A stretch of DNA of 64,000 nt from Patescibacteria group bacterium (GTDB taxonomy: Bacteria > Patescibacteriota > UBA1384 > XYA2-FULL-43-10 > CAINNR01): positions 83,662-147,661 of the forward strand of contig JBAZJN010000001.1 in the NCBI GenBank assembly GCA_041651295.1. The letters run 5' to 3'. Each line of letters begins with the position of its first letter. Positions within the stretch are counted from its first letter, which is position 1. The translations under genes were made by a program, and so were the position numbers. The notes under the pieces are model-generated. The model had not been told where the DNA came from. It made no database searches and was given only the letters and a program-made list of their open reading frames with translations. Positions 53,629 through 62,029 of the stretch are shown piece after piece.

Positions 53629-54240
53629 CTAGGCTCCGCCGGACTCGCCGGATTCATAGAATACTTCCCCTTCGCGATACCCCCAGTTATGCAGTTCAAG
53701 GCGCAGCAGGTCAGACTTCTGGATCATGACAGCGCAGTTCATGCCCTTGTAGCTGCGTCTGACAGACCGCAGCAAGATCAGGCCGTGGTATGGCCAGATC
53801 GCGCCGTCTTCGACCGTCAACACGTTGTCGGAGATGTCGACGCACGGCGGAATGTTCATGAAGTTCGTACCGGGGCGGAAGTGGGCCCTGTAACCACCAA
53901 TGAAGCTCTCGGGCTGGTTTGACCATCCATATTCCGCATACTCCCGAACCGCCTGGCCTCGATAGACATGATTGACCCAGACTGGGCTGCCGTCAAACTC
54001 GCTGACGGTCGCGACGCGCCGGATGTCGATGCCGCCAAACATGTACGGCTGGAACAGCATGATGTCAGCGCAGTCGTAGTGATACAACAAACAGTTCGGA
54101 AGCTCAACCTCAGTGTCGGAGATCCAGCGACCGTTTTTGACATTCGGACGAGGGATCCCGTCAATGATCTGTAGCCGGAAGTTGCCTTCCTTGGTAAAAG
54201 TCAGACCGGGGTTGCGGAAGAACTCTTCTGTGGCTTCCAT
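53629..54240 (-). CDS. orphan GC-rich protein, 203 aa (cassette I1)
   Basis: GGAGG SD 6 nt before ATG 54240; no recognised motif. Confidence 0.6.
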   Translation of the reverse strand: MEATEEFFRNPGLTFTKEGNFRLQIIDGIPRPNVKNGRWISDTEVELPNCLLYHYDCADIMLFQPYMFGGIDIRRVATVSEFDGSPVWVNHVYRGQAVREYAEYGWSNQPESFIGGYRAHFRPGTNFMNIPPCVDISDNVLTVEDGAIWPYHGLILLRSVRRSYKGMNCAVMIQKSDLLRLELHNWGYREGEVFYESGESGGA

Positions 54241-54269
54241 GCAATGCCTCCGTAGATTCGACGCTCTTG

Positions 54270-54298
54270 AGATTATCACGTTTTTGGACTTTCGTCAA
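54270..54298 (-). promoter_or_regulatory. promoter of cassette I1
   Basis: TTGACG-17-TAATCT on the minus strand. Confidence 0.45.
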
Positions 54299-54300
54299 TC

Positions 54301-54336
54301 AAAAAATCCCCTTTGATTTCTCGCTGGGGATTTTTT
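54301..54336. terminator. bidirectional terminator
   Basis: A6, TCCCC..GGGGA hairpin, T6. Confidence 0.55.
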
Positions 54337-54341
54337 GTATT

Positions 54342-54408
54342 GTCATTGTGAGCCATTGCTATGCAAGGCATGGCTAGATTGCTTCGTCACTTCGCTCCTC
54401 GCAATGAC
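54342..54408. repeat. R2 repeat, copy d (right flank of cassette block I)
   Basis: GTCATTGTGAG..CTCGCAATGAC, termini match 10 of 11. Confidence 0.7.
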
Positions 54409-54422
54409 GAAACGAGAAGAAA

Positions 54423-56180
<1,758 letters not shown>

Positions 56181-56182
56181 GC

Positions 56183-56458
56183 TCACAAAATTCCCAGTAT
56201 TTCCTCTTCTTTGACCACTTTATAATCTTTACCGTCAATTTTTACTTCCTCGCCGGCATATTTGCCATATAGAACTTTGTCGCCGACTTTAACTGAAAAT
56301 TTATAATCTTTACCTTCAACCAAACCTGATCCGACGGAAACAACTTTTCCCTCACTTCGCTCCTCTTTGGCGCTATCCGGTAAAATTATTCCGGCTTTTG
56401 TTACTTCTTGCGCTTCTAAAGGTTCAATTAGCACTCGATTCCCCAGGGGTTTGAACAT
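56183..56458 (-). CDS. groS: co-chaperonin GroES
   Basis: MFKPLGNRVLIEP..GIILPDSAKE..GKVVSVG; AAGGAG SD. Confidence 0.94.
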   Translation of the reverse strand: MFKPLGNRVLIEPLEAQEVTKAGIILPDSAKEERSEGKVVSVGSGLVEGKDYKFSVKVGDKVLYGKYAGEEVKIDGKDYKVVKEEEILGIL

Positions 56459-56593
56459 GACACTCCTTTCAATCGCAATTTCCAAACTCCAATTTCCAAA
56501 TCACAAACATGTTTTTTAATTTAACTATTTGAGATTTGTTTGAAATTTGCTTCTTGTGATTTGTGATTTGTTTTATATGTTTCTGCAAAAATT

Positions 56594-56623
56594 ATTGTAA
56601 AGCAAACTTTACATCTATGTCAA
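56594..56623 (-). promoter_or_regulatory. candidate groESL promoter with a palindrome in the spacer
   Basis: TTGACA-18-TACAAT on the minus strand; TGTAAAG-N4-CTTTACA at 56596-56613. Confidence 0.4.
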
Positions 56624-56635
56624 CCCCACACCTTT

Positions 56636-56691
56636 GTCATTCCGAACTTGTTTCGGAATCTGACGAGATCCTGAAATGAATTCAGGATGAC
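56636..56691. repeat. R2-like double-hairpin repeat, copy e
   Basis: GTCATTCCGAACTTGTTTCGGAATCTGAC..ATCCTGAAATGAATTCAGGATGAC. Confidence 0.6.
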
Positions 56692-56746
56692 ATAAAAAAT
56701 GAGGAATTCCTCCTCGCTTCTGATCCAATCGTATCTAATTTTTTCC

Positions 56747-56783
56747 AAAAAAACAAGGGCTCGCCTACTGGCTTGCCCTCTTG
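56747..56783 (-). terminator. intrinsic terminator of cassette J
   Basis: AAGGGC..GCCCT hairpin with T-run on the minus strand. Confidence 0.5.
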
Positions 56784-56805
56784 GACCCTGTTGGGAGGTG
56801 ACCGA

Positions 56806-57294
56806 TTAGGTCACCATTGATCGCGGGCTCGTTACGAAGTCGTACGCTCGACGCCGGGTGTCATCAGGCAGAGACATGTAGTTACCCAGTTCACAGATCA
56901 GCCCGGGATCTCTTAAGCTGCAACTGAATTGTCGGGCCAGATCGATAGTCCCTTCCGGACCATCAATCGATGGAGTAATGTATTCCACGCAGTCAGGATG
57001 TTTGAACCAAACCCTATGCGTCCCGTAGATCATCCAGTTCCGCAGCTCCATGCTAGCGCCCGGATATACCAGCTTCCCATTGCGACCGTTGAGCGGCCAA
57101 CCGTAGATGCCGACACCGAGACGAGTGGCAGCTATCACCATCATATCATGCAGCAGGTCATCGGTCAGGTTCAACTCGCGGGAAAGATCGCGAACCTCAC
57201 GCTCGGTTCGGCATTCGGGGTGATTCACGAACTGCTGCAGCACAAACGCGATGACATCTAGCGCCAGAAAAGCAGACTTGATTTGCCCACTCAT
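56806..57294 (-). CDS. orphan GC-rich protein, 162 aa (cassette J)
   Basis: GTGAGGTG SD 6 nt before ATG 57294; no recognised motif. Confidence 0.55.
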   Translation of the reverse strand: MSGQIKSAFLALDVIAFVLQQFVNHPECRTEREVRDLSRELNLTDDLLHDMMVIAATRLGVGIYGWPLNGRNGKLVYPGASMELRNWMIYGTHRVWFKHPDCVEYITPSIDGPEGTIDLARQFSCSLRDPGLICELGNYMSLPDDTRRRAYDFVTSPRSMVT

Positions 57295-57322
57295 AGCTTT
57301 CACCTCACGGGTTTCTGCTTCC

Positions 57323-57351
57323 AAAATATCTAATTGATAAAATTTAGTCAA
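57323..57351 (-). promoter_or_regulatory. possible promoter of cassette J
   Basis: TTGACT-17-TATTTT on the minus strand. Confidence 0.35.
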
Positions 57352-57469
57352 TCAAAAATCCCCCTGTCTTTACAAATGGCAGCGCGGAAGGGGGGACCGT
57401 GCTGCCATCTTTAATTTACTAAACCAGAGTGCTTTTGTCAAACTGAGCAATAAAAACAAATGGTAAATT

Positions 57470-57535
57470 TAACAATTTATTAATTGGATATTTTTTAGAA
57501 ATTAGTAATTAGGTTAATTAGAAATTGATTTTACT
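57470..57535. repeat. R4 AT-rich intergenic repeat, copy
   Basis: GGATATTTTTTAGAAATTAGTAATTAGGTTAATTAGAAATTG. Confidence 0.5.
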
Positions 57536-58187
57536 TGAACTCTCTTCCCCACAACCGTAAGTCATTATCGGAAATGTAGATTCCCGTGGCCGTCGGAAGT
57601 TTATCCAAACCTTTGTTGATTTTTTTCTTTTGCCAATCCGCAAACTTTTTTTCACATAGGTCTCCGAAGCCGCCGGAAAATACCAGCTCCCAAAACATCC
57701 TACCTATTGAATAGATAATCAAACGATCGAGGGGAAAATCGCGTCTCATAATTTCAAATTGATGGAGATTCCTAACCTCCGGATTGAATTTGCGCATCCA
57801 AAAATTTTGGCGAAGTAATCGCTCATGTTCCCCGCCCCGATCCCAGATTTTGATTGCATAGCGGTTGGCTAACGCATTCGGCCGGTCCTGCGGAAAAATG
57901 TTTAGGCTATCGGAGGTTAAATAATAGTTTAAGCAAAATTGACCGGCAGCAATTTCTGCAAATGGTTTTCTTCGATGGCCGGTGAAGTTGGTAATTAAAG
58001 TTGTGAAAAGGCGGGCAGTATAGAGTCGTTTTGGCGTAGTGATAATTAAAAGATCAATATCACTTTTTTTGCCAGCGCCACCAAAGCTCATTGAGCCATT
58101 AACAATAACCGCCCGAACAAACGGCGCAAGCTGTAGAATGTAACCCAGTCCGCGCAACCGCCTAATTCTTTTTTCGAAATAGTTCAT
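57531..58187 (-). CDS. nucleotidyltransferase-fold protein
   Basis: GSMSFGGAGKKSDIDLLIIT (G-S..DxD pattern); start taken at MNYFEKR. Confidence 0.6.
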   Translation of the reverse strand: MNYFEKRIRRLRGLGYILQLAPFVRAVIVNGSMSFGGAGKKSDIDLLIITTPKRLYTARLFTTLITNFTGHRRKPFAEIAAGQFCLNYYLTSDSLNIFPQDRPNALANRYAIKIWDRGGEHERLLRQNFWMRKFNPEVRNLHQFEIMRRDFPLDRLIIYSIGRMFWELVFSGGFGDLCEKKFADWQKKKINKGLDKLPTATGIYISDNDLRLWGREFK

Positions 58188-58208
58188 TGCCAAAACTCTA
58201 GCACAGAA

Positions 58209-58237
58209 TTGCAAATTTTTTAAATTTCTGTTATTAT
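58209..58237 (+). promoter_or_regulatory. promoter of cassette K1
   Basis: TTGCAA-17-TATTAT. Confidence 0.45.
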
Positions 58238-58273
58238 TCTGTTCATCATATTCCGATTCTGAGGAGGCTCGAT

Positions 58274-58420
58274 GTGGGTTTGAATCTTACAGTTTTAGAT
58301 GGACAAAGGCGTTCTGATCACCGTTTCGCCTCCCGATTCCTGTTCTGGAGCATCATCGTCGTTATCACTATAGTCTGCTTCGTTATACTGCACTACGCAG
58401 GGGGAGATCCGTCCGGGTGA
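58274..58420 (+). CDS. 48-aa hydrophobic peptide (cassette K1)
   Basis: GGAGG SD 6 nt before GTG; ..RFLFWSIIVVITIVCFVILHYAGGDPSG. Confidence 0.4.
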   Translation: MGLNLTVLDGQRRSDHRFASRFLFWSIIVVITIVCFVILHYAGGDPSG

Positions 58421-58440
58421 ACACTTCACCCGTTTTTTAT
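58415..58440 (+). terminator. intrinsic terminator of cassette K1
   Basis: GGGTGAA/TTCACCC stem followed by T6. Confidence 0.65.
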
Positions 58441-58468
58441 TGACAAATTTAGATTTATGTGATATTAT
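58440..58468 (+). promoter_or_regulatory. promoter of cassette K2
   Basis: TTGACA-17-TATTAT. Confidence 0.5.
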
Positions 58469-58512
58469 CTTAGAATTTCCGCCGCGGATATCCTACGCCA
58501 AGAGGTGCTGTG

Positions 58513-59136
58513 ATGAAAAGTAAGTTGAGTAGTTTCCTGACCGGGCTTGGCGTTGTAGCCCTGGTCATCGTGATTGTTGGCAGTATGGGGTATGCAGTGC
58601 TCTTCGCGCCCGACTATCACGATGACCCCGAGTACCAGGCCAACCAACCCGACCCGCTCCAGGCCGATACCGAGACGCAGACCTACCGCGAGCAATTGTC
58701 CCGTCAGGATGAGATGGATCGCTGGGCCAGCGAGAATCACGTGGAGACTGAGATCTGGGGCAAGACCCAATCCCCGGACAAAAGGTGGACGGCGTGGAAC
58801 GTGAGCATCACAAACTTCGAGGGCTACGCCCAGGTCGGGATCCCTCGCACCGAGATCCACATCAAGTCATCCGATGGCACCGAGCACCAGCTCGATGAGG
58901 CTAACGAGGCCGGCCGCCTTCCATGGCTGTCGGAGCCGGTTTTCTCAGCAGACAGCAAAAGGGTCGCCGTGTTCGAGCGCGACGAGCTCGGCACCGGCCG
59001 AATCCTCATCTGGACGCTGGAAACCGGCGAGCTCAAGGTCGTCAGCCCGAATCGCGGCGACCTCGAGCGAATCTACAGCGACAAGGAAGGGGTCTTCCAT
59101 ATAGGCCCCGAAAAGCACGACTACTCCACCGATTAG
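58513..59136 (+). CDS. orphan GC-rich membrane-anchored protein, 207 aa (cassette K2)
   Basis: AGAGGTG SD; N-terminal TM helix FLTGLGVVALVIVIVGSMGYAVLF; beta-rich ectodomain. Confidence 0.6.
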   Translation: MKSKLSSFLTGLGVVALVIVIVGSMGYAVLFAPDYHDDPEYQANQPDPLQADTETQTYREQLSRQDEMDRWASENHVETEIWGKTQSPDKRWTAWNVSITNFEGYAQVGIPRTEIHIKSSDGTEHQLDEANEAGRLPWLSEPVFSADSKRVAVFERDELGTGRILIWTLETGELKVVSPNRGDLERIYSDKEGVFHIGPEKHDYSTD

Positions 59137-59157
59137 GGGTGGAATGAAGAACTGGAA

Positions 59158-59195
59158 GCGGGCGTGGCCGATACTGGCCCCGCCCGATTTTTTTA
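59158..59195 (+). terminator. intrinsic terminator of cassette K2
   Basis: GCGGGCG..CGCCCG stem followed by T7. Confidence 0.65.
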
Positions 59196-59196
59196 T

Positions 59197-59225
59197 TTGA
59201 CAATGCGAAAAGCGAATGATATATA
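59197..59225 (+). promoter_or_regulatory. promoter of the candidate ncRNA unit K3
   Basis: TTGACA-17-TATATA. Confidence 0.5.
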
Positions 59226-59231
59226 TTACTT

Positions 59232-59622
59232 ACGTAGCTGACGTGTGGTCAATACCGTTAAGACTATGTGCCCAGCCGCAAAACCTACCGGCCCACGTGA
59301 GCCGGAACAAATAGGTATTCCCATTTAGGGTGTGTACAGCCCAAGTGGGTCCCGGCCTAGGGTTCTAGTCACCAGCATCCATGCTGGTTCGGCGATCTCA
59401 TCAGCTGCTACTGACTTGTCTCGCGCCCGATGTGCAGGTCAAAAGACCACCGTTGTTGGCAGACGTGCCGGTGATACCGGAACTTCGCCCCGGTCGGTCT
59501 GCACGCGGTCACCGCGAGCAAGCACTCATTGTGGCGTCCCGCCACAAACATACCGTTGAGTCGTTGTTTCACACTCATCACGGATCACTCCGACACCCCT
59601 CCGGGTTGTCGGAGCTTTTTTA
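59232..59622 (+). ncRNA. candidate structured non-coding RNA of about 390 nt (unknown family)
   Basis: Lies between a consensus promoter and the CTCCGAC/GTCGGAG+T6 terminator. No SD-preceded ORF. Many GC hairpins plus long-range CTCGCG/CGCGAG and GTGCAG/CTGCAC pairings. Confidence 0.4.
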
Positions 59623-59640
59623 TTTAGAGCATAAATATTC

Positions 59641-61581
59641 TCAGGTAGTGGGTGCCGGTGCTGTTTCAGGAGCAGGCGCTGGCACAGCAGGTCCGACTTG
59701 CCAGATCTCCGGCAAAGCAACATATTTTGATAGAAAATCAATTTCCTGCATAATTTGACCGTCTCTTGAAACTTTATAATGAAACTTGGCAGATGCGCCC
59801 TGATGAGATTTTGATATTAAATTTCTGGTCCCGACCGGTAGCGCCGGATCAACATTTTCCACCGGAGCCGGTGGTTCAACATAGTCGTAACCGGTTGCCG
59901 ACCCGATCTCAATCACCCGGCTGTCTTTTGTGCCATAAAATTCAAATGTTATCTTCGTGCCAACAATTCTAGCTTGAACAAAAATATGACTCGAATAGTT
60001 GTTTTTAAACTTAAAATCCGGCGCCGGGTCAAAGATTGTCGCGTCCATGCCGATTGGCGGTTCATAATATGAAACTCGATATGAATGATTGCGTCGTTCG
60101 GTTATTTGCATTCCGGCGTTCAACGCAGCTCGAAATAGCGTAGTCGAGACCTGACAAAGGCCGCCGCCGTAATCCGGAACGGTTTTATTGTTTTTAATCA
60201 CCAATTCAGGCAAGTACCCTGTTGAAGCATCAATCTTGCCCAGCTTCTTTAATGTCGAGAACTCTTCACCCGGTTTAATTAGCGAACCGGAAATCGCGTT
60301 AGCACCAACATTGATATTGTGAATTCGATTTGCTGGCGATTTTACAAAATTGGTCGTGCCCGATGCCACCAATTCAGTTAAGCCATACGACGCAAGCTTG
60401 GCCGAATCGATATCGGGGGCGATCGCTGCAACTTTTAAGGTCACTGTTTTGGGATCTACAGTCGAATTTTCAGCAAAACGGGCTAAAAGCGCATTTTCAA
60501 TATCAATTTTTGTCTGACTTTGGTTTAGTGACGCACCGTTTTTCGAGTCGGAAGAAACAATGACCTTGCCATCAGAAACAGCCAAAATCGCATTTCCAGC
60601 CGTCTTATCAATCTGACTGGCCAGCGCCGAGACCTGCTTCAGAGTTTTTTCCGCAATAATATAAATTTCCATCTGCTTTTTCTTCGGTCGCGAACCAATA
60701 AGTCCGGCGATTGTATCGACATCCAGCGCAAAGTTTTGATTGCTGTATGTAATATTTAGGTCGCCAGCCGCAAGAATTTTGTTAGCATTACTGAGCCCTG
60801 TTTTGGCGTTTTCTTCTGTAATTTGCGGTTTAAAAATGTCCGATTTAAAGGAAATTTCTTTATTGTTTAAATCCGAGATATTAGATTTTAGATTTGAGAT
60901 TATTTCCTCCTGATCAATTCTCTTCCCCTCTTGTCGCTCCGTTTTAAGCTCAAATTCCCCAATGCCATTGTAGACCAAAGAGTAATCTTTCTCAGGAACA
61001 TCAACCTCAGCGGCAATATCAGAGATTTTTTTTGACAGGGCTTCTTCGTTCAAAGTAAAAGCAGCATCAACCTGATATTTTGTAAATAAAGTTTTTAGTT
61101 GCTGATAGAAGCTCCTAAAGATGTTACCAGACCGGCCGACGGCATAGATATCTTTGGCAGTTTTATCCAAATCGTAGGCCAAGCCAATATCGGCGGGCAC
61201 GAATTTATAAACTTTTTCATCACCTGAGCCTGGTTGGTACCTTAGAACAATTTCCTTTTTTTGAAACTCATCAGTTTTTGGTTTTAAAATCGGCGCAATC
61301 TCGTCTTTAGATTTTCCGGCAAGTTTAGTATCCCCGACATAAACGTTGCGATATGTAGTTTTGGCATAAGTTACAGAATATACGCCGAGAGTAATCAAGA
61401 ACAGCACCAACAAAAAGCCGATTCCGATAACCGGCCATTTTATTTTTTTCCATAGCTGAATGCGCTGGCGAAACTCTCGTATCCTCTCTCGCGCCTTGCC
61501 GACCGAAATCTTTTTCTTTTCTTTCGGCGAATTTTCACTTTTCGAGGTTTCAGCCATTTTTAACTTTTTGTTCTTAACCAC
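59641..61581 (-). CDS. VanW family protein
   Basis: YGGGLCQVSTTLFRAALNAGM..ERRNHSY VanW core; N-terminal TM helix; Pro/Ala-rich C-terminal tail. Confidence 0.85.
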   Translation of the reverse strand: MVKNKKLKMAETSKSENSPKEKKKISVGKARERIREFRQRIQLWKKIKWPVIGIGFLLVLFLITLGVYSVTYAKTTYRNVYVGDTKLAGKSKDEIAPILKPKTDEFQKKEIVLRYQPGSGDEKVYKFVPADIGLAYDLDKTAKDIYAVGRSGNIFRSFYQQLKTLFTKYQVDAAFTLNEEALSKKISDIAAEVDVPEKDYSLVYNGIGEFELKTERQEGKRIDQEEIISNLKSNISDLNNKEISFKSDIFKPQITEENAKTGLSNANKILAAGDLNITYSNQNFALDVDTIAGLIGSRPKKKQMEIYIIAEKTLKQVSALASQIDKTAGNAILAVSDGKVIVSSDSKNGASLNQSQTKIDIENALLARFAENSTVDPKTVTLKVAAIAPDIDSAKLASYGLTELVASGTTNFVKSPANRIHNINVGANAISGSLIKPGEEFSTLKKLGKIDASTGYLPELVIKNNKTVPDYGGGLCQVSTTLFRAALNAGMQITERRNHSYRVSYYEPPIGMDATIFDPAPDFKFKNNYSSHIFVQARIVGTKITFEFYGTKDSRVIEIGSATGYDYVEPPAPVENVDPALPVGTRNLISKSHQGASAKFHYKVSRDGQIMQEIDFLSKYVALPEIWQVGPAVPAPAPETAPAPTT

Positions 61582-61633
61582 AAGTCAATAATATAGATAT
61601 ACGTTGGAGTTTTCAAGAGCGAATGCCAAACCA

Positions 61634-61662
61634 TTGACAAACTACGATTGATATGCTATAAT
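61634..61662 (+). promoter_or_regulatory. promoter of the candidate sRNA unit L
   Basis: TTGACA-17-TATAAT (perfect consensus). Confidence 0.55.
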
Positions 61663-61668
61663 GCTTGT

Positions 61669-61792
61669 TGTCATTCAGTTGACATATTAAACAAGAAGGA
61701 GGTGCCTTTTACCCGGCAATTACGCTGGCAGGAGGGCACCCGTGCATCCGCCTTAAATCTGGTCGTGGCCGTTGGCCGCGGCCACTTTTTTT
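61669..61792 (+). ncRNA. candidate small RNA of about 125 nt (unknown family)
   Basis: GGTGCC..GGCACC stem, then GTGGCCG/CGGCCAC+T7 terminator; no start codon at a usable distance from AAGGAGG; no downstream same-strand gene. Confidence 0.35.
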
Positions 61793-61897
61793 ATTCCAAG
61801 ATAGCGACACGGCTTCAAGCCGTGGATGAAGCGATCTAATAGACCGGCCGAAGGCCATACAAAGCGGAACAGTACCACGGGCTATGCCCGTGAGTAT

Positions 61898-62029
61898 CTA
61901 TTTCGAGCTCAAAATCCGGTTCAATAAATCTATTTGAGACTTCTCATCCAACACAACTCCGGACTCTAAAAGCCGCTTGAATTCATCAGCCAAGTCCGTT
62001 TTTTCTTCATTAGACTGTTTTTCGTCCAT
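61898..62029 (-). CDS. possible 43-aa ORF overlapping the end of the membrane-protein gene
   Basis: Hand-translated MDEKQSNEEKTDLADEFKRLLESGVVLDEKSQIDLLNRILSSK; no clear SD. Confidence 0.2.
   Translation of the reverse strand: MDEKQSNEEKTDLADEFKRLLESGVVLDEKSQIDLLNRILSSK

Noticed and set aside
56428-56436. TTAGCACTC (a CIRCE half-site) near the groES start
   Set aside because: It lies inside the groES coding sequence (codons for RVLIE on the minus strand), and the partner half-site 9 nt away is absent.
59332-59758. ORFs 59332-59559 and 59381-59758 in the candidate ncRNA unit
   Set aside because: They have no SD, an Arg/Ser/Pro-rich composition typical of GC-rich non-coding frames, and the second one runs through the terminator into the VanW gene.
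61700-61745. Possible guanidine-III-like riboswitch (GGUGCC..UACCCGG..CAGGAG..GGCACC)
   Set aside because: It shares only short strings with the remembered guanidine-III sequence. The 5' CCGG pseudoknot partner is missing, and no downstream gene exists to be regulated.
61648-61839. 63-aa ORF across the candidate sRNA unit
   Set aside because: Its start precedes the -10 box, it reads straight through the terminator hairpin, and it has no SD at a usable distance.
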